This document shows, in pieces, positions 1 to 9,587 of a DNA stretch of 64,000 nucleotides (within the stretch, counting starts at the first letter, position 1; each line of letters opens with the position of its first letter). The position numbers were made by a program, and so were the translations under genes. Origin of the DNA: a virus; IMG/VR virus record IMGVR_UViG_3300024348_000008; one strand, written 5' to 3'. A model generated the notes under the pieces. The model did not search any database. It was not told where the DNA came from and saw only the letters and a program-made list of their open reading frames with translations.

Positions 1-840
1 AAAGGCGGTGAATTACACAATATGCTTCTAACCGGAACTCCCGGTTTAGGTAAAACAACAGTGGCAAAAGCTTTATGTAATGAATTGTCTTTGGACTTTC
101 TTTTAATAAACGGTTCGGAAGAAAGTGGAATTGACACACTTCGAACCAAGATCAAACAGTTTGCTTCGTCGGTATCCTTACAGGGTGGTTATAAAGTAGT
201 CATCCTCGACGAAGCAGACTACCTTAATCCACAATCAACTCAACCAGCGCTTAGAGGATTTATTGAAGAATTCTCTGCTAATTGTAGATTTATTTTAACA
301 TGTAATTTTAAAAATCGTATTATTGAACCATTACATTCAAGATGTACTACAATAGAATTTAATATGACTAAAAGGGATAGTGCAGTATTATGTTCTAAGT
401 TTTTAGATCGGTGTGGATTTATTCTTGAAACTGAAAATATAACATACGATGAAGCGGTTGTCGCAGAACTTATTATGAAACATATGCCAGATTGGCGTAG
501 AGTTATTAATGAATTACAACGATATAGCTCTAGCGGTGTTATCGATAGTGGTATATTAATACAATTAAGTGATATCGCAATAAGTGATTTAATGGAGCAC
601 CTTAAACTTAAAAACTTTAAGCTTATGCGACAGTGGGTATCAGACAACATGGACAGTGAACCTGCTGCTATATATAGAAAAATATATGATCATATGTATC
701 ACCATATTGAAGTTACCTCTATCCCACAAACGGTTTTAATTTTAGCAGATTATCAATATAAGAATGCATTCGTTGCAGATCATGAATTAAATACCGTTGC
801 ATGTTTAACAGAAATAATGGCAGGAGTCAAATTTAAATGA
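1..840 (+). CDS. gp44: Sliding clamp loader large subunit (AAA+), 5'-truncated by window edge
   Basis: GTPGLGKT Walker A, ILDEAD Walker B, SRC motif; frame open to base 1; followed by gp62/regA. Confidence 0.95.
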   Translation, partial: KGGELHNMLLTGTPGLGKTTVAKALCNELSLDFLLINGSEESGIDTLRTKIKQFASSVSLQGGYKVVILDEADYLNPQSTQPALRGFIEEFSANCRFILTCNFKNRIIEPLHSRCTTIEFNMTKRDSAVLCSKFLDRCGFILETENITYDEAVVAELIMKHMPDWRRVINELQRYSSSGVIDSGILIQLSDIAISDLMEHLKLKNFKLMRQWVSDNMDSEPAAIYRKIYDHMYHHIEVTSIPQTVLILADYQYKNAFVADHELNTVACLTEIMAGVKFK

Positions 841-1082
841 CAGATAAAATAACACAAAACGTAGTAAAACAATTAGATGTTCTTGAAAAAAACATTAATG
901 AACTACAAAAAAGTCTTCAAGATGCATATAAACGTATTGGAGAATTGACTTCTGAATTATATGAAATAAAACAAAAAAATAATACTAAAAATTCTGATTT
1001 TTCTGATCTTGAAGATCTTAGAGAGTCATCATATGAAGATTGGGAATATGCATTATATTCTGATCCACCTAAATCCATATGA
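837..1082 (+). CDS. Hypothetical coiled-coil protein
   Basis: 81 aa ORF coupled to both neighbours by ATGA overlaps. Confidence 0.6.
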   Translation: MTDKITQNVVKQLDVLEKNINELQKSLQDAYKRIGELTSELYEIKQKNNTKNSDFSDLEDLRESSYEDWEYALYSDPPKSI

Positions 1083-1459
1083 ATCCGTTTGAATATTTAA
1101 AAGCAATTAACATAACAAAAAAAGATGTTATGGTTGATGATATAGCAGAAAACAATTATAATAGTTTTATTGTTAATAGATCTCTTTCATACTTTCCTGA
1201 TACTGTTTTGTTTGCTAATGAAATGAATATAAACCATCATATTGACGCGCGTCTTCAATTCGATTTTTTTATAAATATAATTAAGAAACGAAAAAGATTC
1301 TCTAAGTGGACTAAAGCTAATGAAATAGAGAATTTAGCGGTCATTAAAGAATATTATGGTTATAGCGATGAAAAAGCTAAATCTATATATAATTTATTCA
1401 GTAATGAAGAATTACTAACATTGAAAAATAGGATTTACAAAGGTGGAAGAAGAAAATAA
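1079..1459 (+). CDS. gp62: Clamp loader small subunit
   Basis: MNPFEYL..IN, NRSLSYF, EYYGYS motifs; position after gp44. Confidence 0.9.
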   Translation: MNPFEYLKAINITKKDVMVDDIAENNYNSFIVNRSLSYFPDTVLFANEMNINHHIDARLQFDFFINIIKKRKRFSKWTKANEIENLAVIKEYYGYSDEKAKSIYNLFSNEELLTLKNRIYKGGRRK

Positions 1460-1871
1460 AGAAATACACCCGTGGACTCCAAGTAATATGCTTGAAGTTA
1501 CACTTAATGAACCTGACGACTTTTTAAAGGTTCGAGAAACGCTGACTCGTATCGGAGTAGCATCAAGAAAAGAAAATAAATTATTTCAATCTTGTCATAT
1601 TTTACATAAACAAGGTAGATATTTTATTGTTCATTTTAAAGAATTGTTTCTATTAGATGGAAAACCTTCTAATTTAATAGAAAACGATATACAACGTAGA
1701 AATACAATTGCTACGTTGTTAGCTGACTGGGGATTAGTTAGTATGATTGATCCCACACAAGCGAAGGATATTGCACCATTAAGACAAATCAAGGTAATAC
1801 CGTTTAAAGATAAGTCTATATGGGAATTATGTCCTAAATATAATATAGGAAATAGTCAATCTAAAGACTAA
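1443..1871 (+). CDS. regA: Translational repressor RegA
   Basis: DDFLKVRETLTRIG and QSCHILHKQGRYFIVHFKELF signature. Confidence 0.95.
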   Translation: MEEENKEIHPWTPSNMLEVTLNEPDDFLKVRETLTRIGVASRKENKLFQSCHILHKQGRYFIVHFKELFLLDGKPSNLIENDIQRRNTIATLLADWGLVSMIDPTQAKDIAPLRQIKVIPFKDKSIWELCPKYNIGNSQSKD

Positions 1872-1876
1872 TCTTG

Positions 1877-1884
1877 TATAAATA
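1877..1884 (+). promoter_or_regulatory. T4-type late promoter (TATAAATA) for hsp20
   Basis: Exact TATAAATA in the intergenic region. Confidence 0.75.
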
Positions 1885-1889
1885 TAACC

Positions 1890-1938
1890 GGTTGTCCCAT
1901 TAGGGAGACCATATACTAATCTTGCTTTAAATAGGAGA
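1890..1938 (+). promoter_or_regulatory. ROSE-like RNA thermometer in hsp20 5'UTR
   Basis: Hairpin 1890-1910, then TCTTGCT (1920-1926) able to pair with SD AGGAGA (1933-1938) with a bulged G. Confidence 0.65.
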
Positions 1939-1945
1939 AAAAATT

Positions 1946-2410
1946 ATGACAAGAAATAATATAAAAATGCATGTACCACGTTCGCTTTTTGTAGGATTCG
2001 AACATCTGTTTGATGACTTAGAACGTATTCACGGATCTGCTAGATCTGGAGATAATTATCCCCCTCATAATATAGTTAAAATTGACGACGAAAAGTTCTT
2101 GATTGAACTTGCCGTTGCCGGTTTTGCTGAAGAGGATATAAACATAGAAGTTAAAGAAGGCATCTTAGCGATATCTGGTGAAACTTCTGATGAAGAGCGC
2201 GCTTATGTACATAAAGGAATCTCGTCACGCAAATTTGAGAAAAGCTTCCGCATCTCAGAATTTGTGGTAGTAGATGGGGCTGATCTTGTGGACGGAATAC
2301 TCGTTATTAGTTTAAGAGTAGAACTTCCCGAAGAGAAGCGACCTAGGAAGATCAACATAGGATCTACTGGGAAATCAACGAAGCAGTCACCTGAATTTAT
2401 TCAAGACTAA
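1946..2410 (+). CDS. hsp20: Small heat-shock protein (IbpA/Hsp20)
   Basis: NYPPHNI, IELAVAGF, HKGISSRKF, DGIL motifs. Confidence 0.95.
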   Translation: MTRNNIKMHVPRSLFVGFEHLFDDLERIHGSARSGDNYPPHNIVKIDDEKFLIELAVAGFAEEDINIEVKEGILAISGETSDEERAYVHKGISSRKFEKSFRISEFVVVDGADLVDGILVISLRVELPEEKRPRKINIGSTGKSTKQSPEFIQD

Positions 2411-2459
2411 ATTAGCGAAAATACTAGTAGATATTAAGTAATATTTACTGGAGTTAATC

Positions 2460-2579
2460 ATGGGCTACTATCGTAAGCACAAAAATGACATCAGATCCGC
2501 AGTTGAATTAATTACAGTACTATTTTTTACAATAGGAATAGCACCAACATTAATGCTTCTTGCGTCTTTTAGTCATTAA
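2460..2579 (+). CDS. Small membrane peptide (39 aa, not in ORF track)
   Basis: GGAG SD; MGYYRKHKND followed by one hydrophobic helix; terminator-like hairpin follows. Confidence 0.55.
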   Translation: MGYYRKHKNDIRSAVELITVLFFTIGIAPTLMLLASFSH

Positions 2580-2585
2580 TAACCT

Positions 2586-2620
2586 TTCATGGGGGGAAAT
2601 AATTTTCCCCCTATGAATTT
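2586..2620 (+). terminator. Hairpin/terminator
   Basis: ttcatggggggaaa / tttccccctatgaa inverted repeat. Confidence 0.7.
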
Positions 2621-2625
2621 AAGCA

Positions 2626-2654
2626 TGTACAAGTGATAAAAAATGTGGTATAAT
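2626..2654 (+). promoter_or_regulatory. Early promoter TGTACA-N17-TATAAT for gp43
   Basis: One of 14 copies of the motif, with extended -10 TG. Confidence 0.85.
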
Positions 2655-2687
2655 ATACCCAACGACTGATAATTATAATGGTGACTT

Positions 2688-5219
2688 TTGAAATTTTATA
2701 CTAATGTAAGCAGATATGGTAATATGCTTCTTTATCGTGGATATGATCATGGTAATGCAATTAAGAAGCGAATTAAATATAAACCAACTCTTTTTGTAAC
2801 AACTCCAAACGAATCAACGTGGACTTCCCTTGATGGTAAGGCCGTTGCACCTGTGCCTATGGATTCTATGAGAGATGCTAAAGAATGGATACACACAAAT
2901 AAACATGTCGCAGGTAGACAGATTTATGGTAATATTCGTCATCAATCTGCATTTATTCAAGATGAATTTCCTGGTGATATCAAATTCGATCGTAATGCAA
3001 TTAATGTAACATCACTTGATATTGAAGTTGCATCTGATCAAGGTTTCCCAGAACCAGACGAAGCATTACACGAAATCACAGCCATAACAATTAAAAACAA
3101 TAAAGATAATACATATTATGTGTGGGGTTGTGGAGATTATGACGTCACACGCTCTAATATGAAAACACATAGAGTAGTTTATTATAAATGTGAATCAGAA
3201 GCAGCACTCTTAGTTGATTTTATTACGCATTGGTCTTCAGACGCACATTGTCCAGATGTAATTACGGGTTGGAATTCAAGATTCTTTGATATACCATATA
3301 TTGTTAATCGTACTATTCGCGTATTAGATGATAGTTGGGCAAAGAAGTTGTCGCCATGGGGATTAGTAGATGCTCGTGATGTAACAATCATGCAGCGAAA
3401 ACAGACAGCATATGAAATTCAAGGTATTTCTCAAATGGATTATCTCGAATTATTCAAAAAGTTCGGCCATTCATATGGTCCACAAGAATCATATAAATTA
3501 GATCATATCGCAAATGTTGTTCTTGGTGAACGTAAGTTATCATATGAAGAACATAGTGGATTATTTGATTTATACAAATTTGACTATCAAAAATTCATCG
3601 ATTATAACATAAAAGACGTTGAATTAGTTGATCGTTTAGAAGATAAACTTGGTTTAATTACTCTTGCAGTAACAATGGCCTATCGTGGTGGTGTAAACTA
3701 TGGTGATACATTTGGTACAACTGCAATATGGGATTCTATTATATTTCGTAATCTTTACGATAAAAATGTTATAGTTCCCTTTGCAGAAGATAAGATTAAA
3801 TCTGCATATCCAGGAGGTTTTGTAAAAGATCCTATTGTTGGTATGCATAAAAACGTAGTTAGTTTTGACTTAAACTCTCTATATCCATCTATTATTATGC
3901 AATATAATATGTCACCAGAAACTATTATTGATGGTAATGTTTCTAGTATTGATGTCGATAAAATAATAGATGCAAAAGCAGCTGGTAGAACATTCTTAAT
4001 CGATTGTCCAGGTGAAAGCGTTGCTGCAAATGGGCAACATTTTAATATAAATAAAAAGGGTATATTACCTACTATTATTGAAGGTATGTACAATGAACGT
4101 GTAAGCATAAAACGAGCTATGCTTAACGCTCAACAAGAATTACAACAGGTAAATAAAGATGATAAACAAGAATTATATAGAATCGAAAGGGATATTGCAA
4201 TATCTGAAAACCAACAAATGGCTATTAAGTTATTACTTAACAGTCTTTATGGTGCTCTCGGTAATCGTTATTTCCGATTCTTCGATCAACGTATCGCAGA
4301 AGCAATTACTCTCACCGGACAACTTACGATTAGATGGGCCGAATTATCGCTTAATGCCTACTTACAATCTGTGCTTAAATCTAATGCCACCAAAGATTAT
4401 GTCTTGGCCATCGACACCGATTCGGTGTATGTATGCCTAGATGATTTAGTACAAGCAGTTAATCCTTCTAATCCAATTGATTTCTTAGATAAAGTATGTC
4501 AAGATAAACTTGAACCGGTTCTTAAAGAATCGTATGCAGAATTATATGATCTCCTTGGTGGTATAGAAAATAAAATGGTTATGGCCCGAGAGGTTATTGC
4601 TGATGTTGGTATATGGACTGCCAAAAAACGTTACATTCTAAATGTATTTGATAATGAAGGAGTACGATATGCATCACCTAAACTTAAGATTATGGGTATT
4701 GAAGCTATTAAATCTTCTACCCCAGCACCTTGTCGCGAAGCACTAAAACAAATATTTAAAGTTATTGTTAGTGGTAATGAGAATAAAGTACAAGAATCGA
4801 TATCACAATTTAAATCATATTTTAAATCTCTTCAACCACATGAGATTGCATTTCCTCGTGGAATAACTAAAATATCTGCATTTAAAGATAAAGAATTGAT
4901 TTATAAGAAAGGTACTCCAATTCATGTACGAGGTGGATTATTATATAATAAAGAATTACAAGACAAATCTCTAACTCAAAAATATGAACGTATACAAAAC
5001 GGTGAGAAGATTAAATTTATATATCTTCGCATCCCAAACCCAATTAAAGAAAATGTGATATCATTTCCACAATATCTTCCCGAAGAATTTGGATTACACA
5101 AATATATCAATTACGAATTGCAATTCCAAAAAACGTTTTTGGATTCAATAGATCCGATATTAGAGGCTATCGGATGGAACTCAAAGGAAATATCTACACT
5201 TGAAGATTTTTTCGCATAA
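2688..5219 (+). CDS. gp43: Family B DNA polymerase
   Basis: DIEV exonuclease, SFDLNSLYPS, KLLLNSLYG, IDTDS motifs; uninterrupted. Confidence 0.98.
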   Translation: MKFYTNVSRYGNMLLYRGYDHGNAIKKRIKYKPTLFVTTPNESTWTSLDGKAVAPVPMDSMRDAKEWIHTNKHVAGRQIYGNIRHQSAFIQDEFPGDIKFDRNAINVTSLDIEVASDQGFPEPDEALHEITAITIKNNKDNTYYVWGCGDYDVTRSNMKTHRVVYYKCESEAALLVDFITHWSSDAHCPDVITGWNSRFFDIPYIVNRTIRVLDDSWAKKLSPWGLVDARDVTIMQRKQTAYEIQGISQMDYLELFKKFGHSYGPQESYKLDHIANVVLGERKLSYEEHSGLFDLYKFDYQKFIDYNIKDVELVDRLEDKLGLITLAVTMAYRGGVNYGDTFGTTAIWDSIIFRNLYDKNVIVPFAEDKIKSAYPGGFVKDPIVGMHKNVVSFDLNSLYPSIIMQYNMSPETIIDGNVSSIDVDKIIDAKAAGRTFLIDCPGESVAANGQHFNINKKGILPTIIEGMYNERVSIKRAMLNAQQELQQVNKDDKQELYRIERDIAISENQQMAIKLLLNSLYGALGNRYFRFFDQRIAEAITLTGQLTIRWAELSLNAYLQSVLKSNATKDYVLAIDTDSVYVCLDDLVQAVNPSNPIDFLDKVCQDKLEPVLKESYAELYDLLGGIENKMVMAREVIADVGIWTAKKRYILNVFDNEGVRYASPKLKIMGIEAIKSSTPAPCREALKQIFKVIVSGNENKVQESISQFKSYFKSLQPHEIAFPRGITKISAFKDKELIYKKGTPIHVRGGLLYNKELQDKSLTQKYERIQNGEKIKFIYLRIPNPIKENVISFPQYLPEEFGLHKYINYELQFQKTFLDSIDPILEAIGWNSKEISTLEDFFA

Positions 5220-5222
5220 GCA

Positions 5223-5251
5223 TGTACAAATGCCTTAATATATGGTATAAT
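5223..5251 (+). promoter_or_regulatory. Early promoter TGTACA-N17-TATAAT
   Basis: Repeated motif. Confidence 0.85.
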
Positions 5252-5273
5252 ATACCCCTAACTGGAAAAAAAG

Positions 5274-5564
5274 ATGAAAAATATAAAATTAATTAGATTA
5301 ACAAGCGGTGAAGAAATACTCGCTACAATTATAGATGATACTGATGGAGACGTCAATTTTAAAGAACCCATTGCTTTATATGCCGTAGAAGAAGGCAAAA
5401 TGGGATTTATGCAATGGATGCCTTACACGACAGTAAAAGACGGAGTAACTATTAGCAAATCAAAAATAATGTTTATGGCCGATCCTGTTGATGATGTATT
5501 AAATCAATATAAAGAAGCAACAGGTGGAATTGTTGTACCACCAAAACAAGGACTTATAGTATAA
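5274..5564 (+). CDS. Conserved T4-like hypothetical protein (Sm-like fold likely)
   Basis: KLIRLTSGEEI N-terminus typical of this family. Confidence 0.6.
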   Translation: MKNIKLIRLTSGEEILATIIDDTDGDVNFKEPIALYAVEEGKMGFMQWMPYTTVKDGVTISKSKIMFMADPVDDVLNQYKEATGGIVVPPKQGLIV

Positions 5565-5980
5565 TGAATGATAATGATTGGGTAAAAGACATCTCTAATA
5601 TGCAATACAAGTATAAAACTAAACTTTGGATGTATGAGAATAGAAATAATCCAGAAGCTTTGGCTAAATACTTAGAATTTCGTATTAATTTTTTAAAAGA
5701 AGAATTAGATGAAACAACTACAGCAGTATTGAATAATGATGCAGAAGAAATAGTAGACGGTTTAATAGATCTATGTGTAGTAGCAATTGGAACGCTTGAT
5801 GCGTTTGGAGTTGATGCTAATGAAGCATGGAATGAAGTTCTAAAAGCTAACTTAAGTAAAGAAGTTGGAATAAAGCCAGAAAGGCCAAATCCATTAAATC
5901 TTCCAGATCTTATTAAGCCAGAAGGCTGGGTAGCTCCGTCACATAAAGGTAATCATGGAAATTTCCCTAACGATATTTGA
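5564..5980 (+). CDS. MazG-like/PRA-PH family NTP pyrophosphohydrolase
   Basis: EELDE...EIVDGLIDL acidic helices, AN.SK, KPEGW. Confidence 0.8.
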   Translation: MNDNDWVKDISNMQYKYKTKLWMYENRNNPEALAKYLEFRINFLKEELDETTTAVLNNDAEEIVDGLIDLCVVAIGTLDAFGVDANEAWNEVLKANLSKEVGIKPERPNPLNLPDLIKPEGWVAPSHKGNHGNFPNDI

Positions 5981-6875
5981 TTCAATATATGATAATAAAA
6001 CGGATAAAAGAATGGACTATCCGTCATTCGATGAATTTGAAAAGGTCCTTTATAGACTTGCCGAGTCCAATAAATACCCTACTAAGTCTGAAGCACCTCT
6101 TATTAGTCCTGCTACATATTTGCCTAATACAACTCGTGCTAATAATAATGTGGTTGCTTGGGGCGGCTTTGGTATTGTTGATGTCGATGACTATATCGGC
6201 GATATAAAAGAAATTGAATCAATATATGCAAAATATAAATACATATGCTATTCAACGGCAAGCTCTAGAGTAGAGCATCCTAAATTTAGATTAGTATTTC
6301 CTCTTACTCGATGGATAGATAAAGAAGAAATTAAACATTTTTGGTTTGCTTTAAATAAAGAAATAGGCGATATTGCAGATGCGCAAACTAAAGATTTAAG
6401 TCGCATGTATTATATTCCTAATCAATATAAAGATAGTTTTAATTTTATTTTTACACATGATGGTGATATAATGGATCCATCAGAATTAATGTCTAAACAT
6501 ACGTATATAGAACCAAATAGAGGTATGTTTGCAAAATTTCCAAAAGCAATTCAAGAAGCTATTATAAAAGATAGAAAGTCAAAATTAACAAATACAAATT
6601 TTACATGGACAGGATATTCTGATTGTCCATTTGTTAATCAAAAGAAAGTAGAAGAATATAAAAGAACAACAGAAGGTGGTTGGTATTATGGAATGTACCA
6701 AATAATGGTTTCAATTGCTGGAAATGCAACATCTCGTGGTTATCCAATAACTGCAAAAGAAATCGAATATATAATTCGCGATTTAGATAGCGAAACCGGA
6801 AATTGGTATGTAAAACGACCAATAGAAAAAGAAGCAGAACGTGCAATCGAATTTGTGTTTGCAAACAATAGGTAA
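5955..6875 (+). CDS. Putative AEP-superfamily primase (PrimPol/VirE-N-like)
   Basis: DVD, YSTAS, PKFRLVFPL, D..TKDLSRMYY motifs plus helical C-terminal domain. Confidence 0.65.
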   Translation: MEISLTIFDSIYDNKTDKRMDYPSFDEFEKVLYRLAESNKYPTKSEAPLISPATYLPNTTRANNNVVAWGGFGIVDVDDYIGDIKEIESIYAKYKYICYSTASSRVEHPKFRLVFPLTRWIDKEEIKHFWFALNKEIGDIADAQTKDLSRMYYIPNQYKDSFNFIFTHDGDIMDPSELMSKHTYIEPNRGMFAKFPKAIQEAIIKDRKSKLTNTNFTWTGYSDCPFVNQKKVEEYKRTTEGGWYYGMYQIMVSIAGNATSRGYPITAKEIEYIIRDLDSETGNWYVKRPIEKEAERAIEFVFANNR

Positions 6876-6883
6876 AGTAAAAA

Positions 6884-7390
6884 ATGAAAAAATTTAGAAC
6901 ACTTCATATATGTGTTATGTTAATAATATTTATAGGACTATTAACAATAACCCAAAAGGCTAATGCAATTGATGTAAACGATGAACTTTATTGTTTAGCT
7001 CAAAATATATATTTTGAATCAGGTAATCAACCAAAGGTTGGAAAAGTTGCAGTAGCAAATACAACTATGAATAGAGTAGCCAATTTATCATATCCAAATA
7101 CTATTTGTAAAGTAGTTTATCAAGCAAAAATGAAAGAAAACTGGAAAGGAAATTTAGTTCCAATCAGACACATGTGTCAATTCAGTTGGTATTGTGATGG
7201 TAAATCAGATATGCCTACAGATTCTGCAACATGGATGGAATCCATTGATATTGCAAGACTTACTATACAAGGAGTGTTTTTTGATGTAACTGAAGGCGCA
7301 ACACATTATCATAATCATTATGTCTATCCATATTGGGCAGAACACTTAAATGAAACAGTAGTAATTAACGATCATACCTTCTATAAATAG
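6884..7390 (+). CDS. Cell wall hydrolase (SleB/Hydrolase_2)
   Basis: CLAQNIYFES, NRV, CQFSW, GATHYH, H.FYK; N-terminal TM. Confidence 0.9.
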   Translation: MKKFRTLHICVMLIIFIGLLTITQKANAIDVNDELYCLAQNIYFESGNQPKVGKVAVANTTMNRVANLSYPNTICKVVYQAKMKENWKGNLVPIRHMCQFSWYCDGKSDMPTDSATWMESIDIARLTIQGVFFDVTEGATHYHNHYVYPYWAEHLNETVVINDHTFYK

Positions 7391-7405
7391 CATTTCTTAT
7401 AAATA
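7382..7405 (+). promoter_or_regulatory. Two tandem late promoters TATAAATA (7382-7389, 7398-7405)
   Basis: Exact matches upstream of nuclease gene. Confidence 0.65.
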
Positions 7406-7437
7406 GTACTTTAATCAGATAATCATGGGAGATTATT

Positions 7438-8004
7438 ATGTATGAGTACAGAGTAAAAATAGAACGCGTTATAGACGGAGATACGGTTGATGTGGATATC
7501 GATTTAGGTTTTGGAGTTCAATTAAATGATGAAAGAGTTAGAATAATGGGAATAGATACACCTGAAAGTAGAACTTCAGATAAAGTTGAGAAAGTATTTG
7601 GTAAAGCAGCTAAAGCTGCATTAATAGACATGTTAGGAGAAACTGCAATATTAAAAACTCAAATCAATAAAAGTGGTGAAGACATGAAGGGAAAGTTTGG
7701 AAGAATCCTTGGTGACTTTGATGTTGAACATAAAGGTGTAAAGAAGACTGTAACAGCAGCTTTAATCGAAGATGGCCACGCAGTACTGTATTATGGCGGT
7801 TCTAAAGAAGATACCCAAGCAGCACATTTAGTTAATCGTAAAAGATTAATTGATGAAGGTTTGGTTAACATGTCATATGAAGAAGCTGGAATTGTATGTT
7901 TATGCGAAGATTGTCAATGCGATCCTTGTAATTGTAATACAATTGATGTTCAAATGAACGAAGCACACGATCAATTAGAAGCAGAAGAAGTTGAAAATAT
8001 TTAA
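7438..8004 (+). CDS. Staphylococcal-nuclease-like (SNase) protein with Cys-rich tail
   Basis: VIDGDT, RIMGIDTPE, KFGRIL motifs. Confidence 0.85.
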   Translation: MYEYRVKIERVIDGDTVDVDIDLGFGVQLNDERVRIMGIDTPESRTSDKVEKVFGKAAKAALIDMLGETAILKTQINKSGEDMKGKFGRILGDFDVEHKGVKKTVTAALIEDGHAVLYYGGSKEDTQAAHLVNRKRLIDEGLVNMSYEEAGIVCLCEDCQCDPCNCNTIDVQMNEAHDQLEAEEVENI

Positions 8005-8023
8005 CAATAAGTGAAAAAAAGGG

Positions 8024-8052
8024 TGTACAAACACCTAAAACTATGGTATAAT
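8024..8052 (+). promoter_or_regulatory. Early promoter TGTACA-N17-TATAAT heading the DNA-modification operon
   Basis: Repeated motif. Confidence 0.85.
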
Positions 8053-8081
8053 ATACCTATATTAAATAATGGAAATACATA

Positions 8082-8459
8082 ATGAGAGAATCAGTTAAAG
8101 TCTTGCAAGAATGCATAGATTTACAAACTCAAAAAGCGAATGATTATCAGAATCCAAATTCTAAAGTAAAACAAGCAGATTATTACCCAAATGGTGTAAT
8201 GACTTTGCTTGATATTAATCATGCAAAAATGCTTAGAATGCAATCAGTAGTTGCAGCAATGCAACACGATCCCGAATATAAACCAAATTTTGAATCTATA
8301 GAAGATTCTGCTAAAGATATGATTAATTATTGTAGTTTTATAGTTTCTTATTGTCGAGGTAAGATGGAAGGTCAAGATCCAAATAATGATTTTTTAAATA
8401 GACCAATGATTCCACTACTCATGACTGTGGAAGAGGTATTAAATAATGATAACGATTGA
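8082..8459 (+). CDS. Nucleotide-modification-associated domain protein (Nmad1/DUF1599-like)
   Basis: K..DY and ESIEDS..D.INY motifs; next to hydroxymethylase. Confidence 0.7.
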   Translation: MRESVKVLQECIDLQTQKANDYQNPNSKVKQADYYPNGVMTLLDINHAKMLRMQSVVAAMQHDPEYKPNFESIEDSAKDMINYCSFIVSYCRGKMEGQDPNNDFLNRPMIPLLMTVEEVLNNDND

Positions 8460-9126
8460 AGCCGTAAGAAAGTATTTTAGATACCAATTAGATAATGGAA
8501 TCTATACTACTGATAGAAATGGTGGTAAAACAATGGAAATGCTCGGCGCAGCATTTTTAGCAGATGAACCATCAATATTTGGTAAACCTAATAAAGAATA
8601 TATCGATGCAGAAATAGAATGGTATATTTCACAATCAACAAATATTACTGACATTTATCCAGATGGTGATAAAGAACCACCTAAAGCGTGGCAAATGACT
8701 GCGAATGTTCATGGTGAAGTCAATTCAAATTATGGTAGACTTATTTGGGGTGATGAATATGGTAATCAAAGAGAAATGGTTTGTCAAGAATTATTAGATA
8801 ATAGAGATTCTCGTAGAGCATCGATGATTTATACTCGACCATCTATATGGAAAGAATATAATTCCCAAGGCAAAAATGATTTTATATGTACAAATTCAGT
8901 AACATATTATATTAGAAATAATAAACTCCATTGTGTAGTTCAAATGAGATCTAATGATGTAGTATTTGGTTATAAGAATGATTATGCATGGCAAAAATGG
9001 GTTTTAGAAGATATGTGCTCGTCATTAAAAGTATTAAGATATAAAGAACTAAAGGTTGGTGATATACATTGGCAAGTACAAAATTTACATGTATATGAAC
9101 AACATTTTAATTTGGTGAAAAGATGA
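8446..9126 (+). CDS. gp42: dCMP hydroxymethyltransferase (T4 gp42-like)
   Basis: NSNYG, DSRR..MIYTRPS, DFICTN, MRSNDVVFGYKNDYAWQ, LHVY; Asp at the cytosine-specificity position. Confidence 0.88.
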   Translation: MITIEAVRKYFRYQLDNGIYTTDRNGGKTMEMLGAAFLADEPSIFGKPNKEYIDAEIEWYISQSTNITDIYPDGDKEPPKAWQMTANVHGEVNSNYGRLIWGDEYGNQREMVCQELLDNRDSRRASMIYTRPSIWKEYNSQGKNDFICTNSVTYYIRNNKLHCVVQMRSNDVVFGYKNDYAWQKWVLEDMCSSLKVLRYKELKVGDIHWQVQNLHVYEQHFNLVKR

Positions 9127-9587
9127 AAACAAGTTTTAAATGGGACGAAAGATATTTACAACTAGCTAAACAAGTGGCTACTTGGAGTAAAGATCCAAGC
9201 ACACAAGTTGGTGCTGTTGCTGTCGGTGATAAAGGTCAAGTTTTATCTCAAGGATATAATGGATTTCCACGTGGAATAAAAGATAATGAGAGATATAACG
9301 ATAAAGATTTAAAATACAGATACGTAGTACATGCAGAAATGAATTGTATATACAATGCAACATTTCATGGAACTTCTTTAAATGGAGCTACGCTTTATGT
9401 ACATGGATTACCGATGTGTAATGAATGTGCAAAAGCAATAATTCAAGTAGGAATAGTAAGAGTAGTTTCTCCATATAATGGAAATACAGATGTACCAGAA
9501 AAGTGGAAAATATCTTGTGCACATACACAACTTATATTAAAAGAAGTAAATATTCCATATCAATTCATAAAGATGAATAAACAATGA
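9123..9587 (+). CDS. cd: dCMP deaminase
   Basis: SKDPSTQVGA, GYNG, HAE, CNEC zinc motifs. Confidence 0.92.
   Translation: MKTSFKWDERYLQLAKQVATWSKDPSTQVGAVAVGDKGQVLSQGYNGFPRGIKDNERYNDKDLKYRYVVHAEMNCIYNATFHGTSLNGATLYVHGLPMCNECAKAIIQVGIVRVVSPYNGNTDVPEKWKISCAHTQLILKEVNIPYQFIKMNKQ

Noticed and set aside
8446-9126. Thymidylate synthase or dUMP hydroxymethylase call
   Set aside because: Closely follows T4 gp42, with Asp at the specificity position; ThyX is present separately
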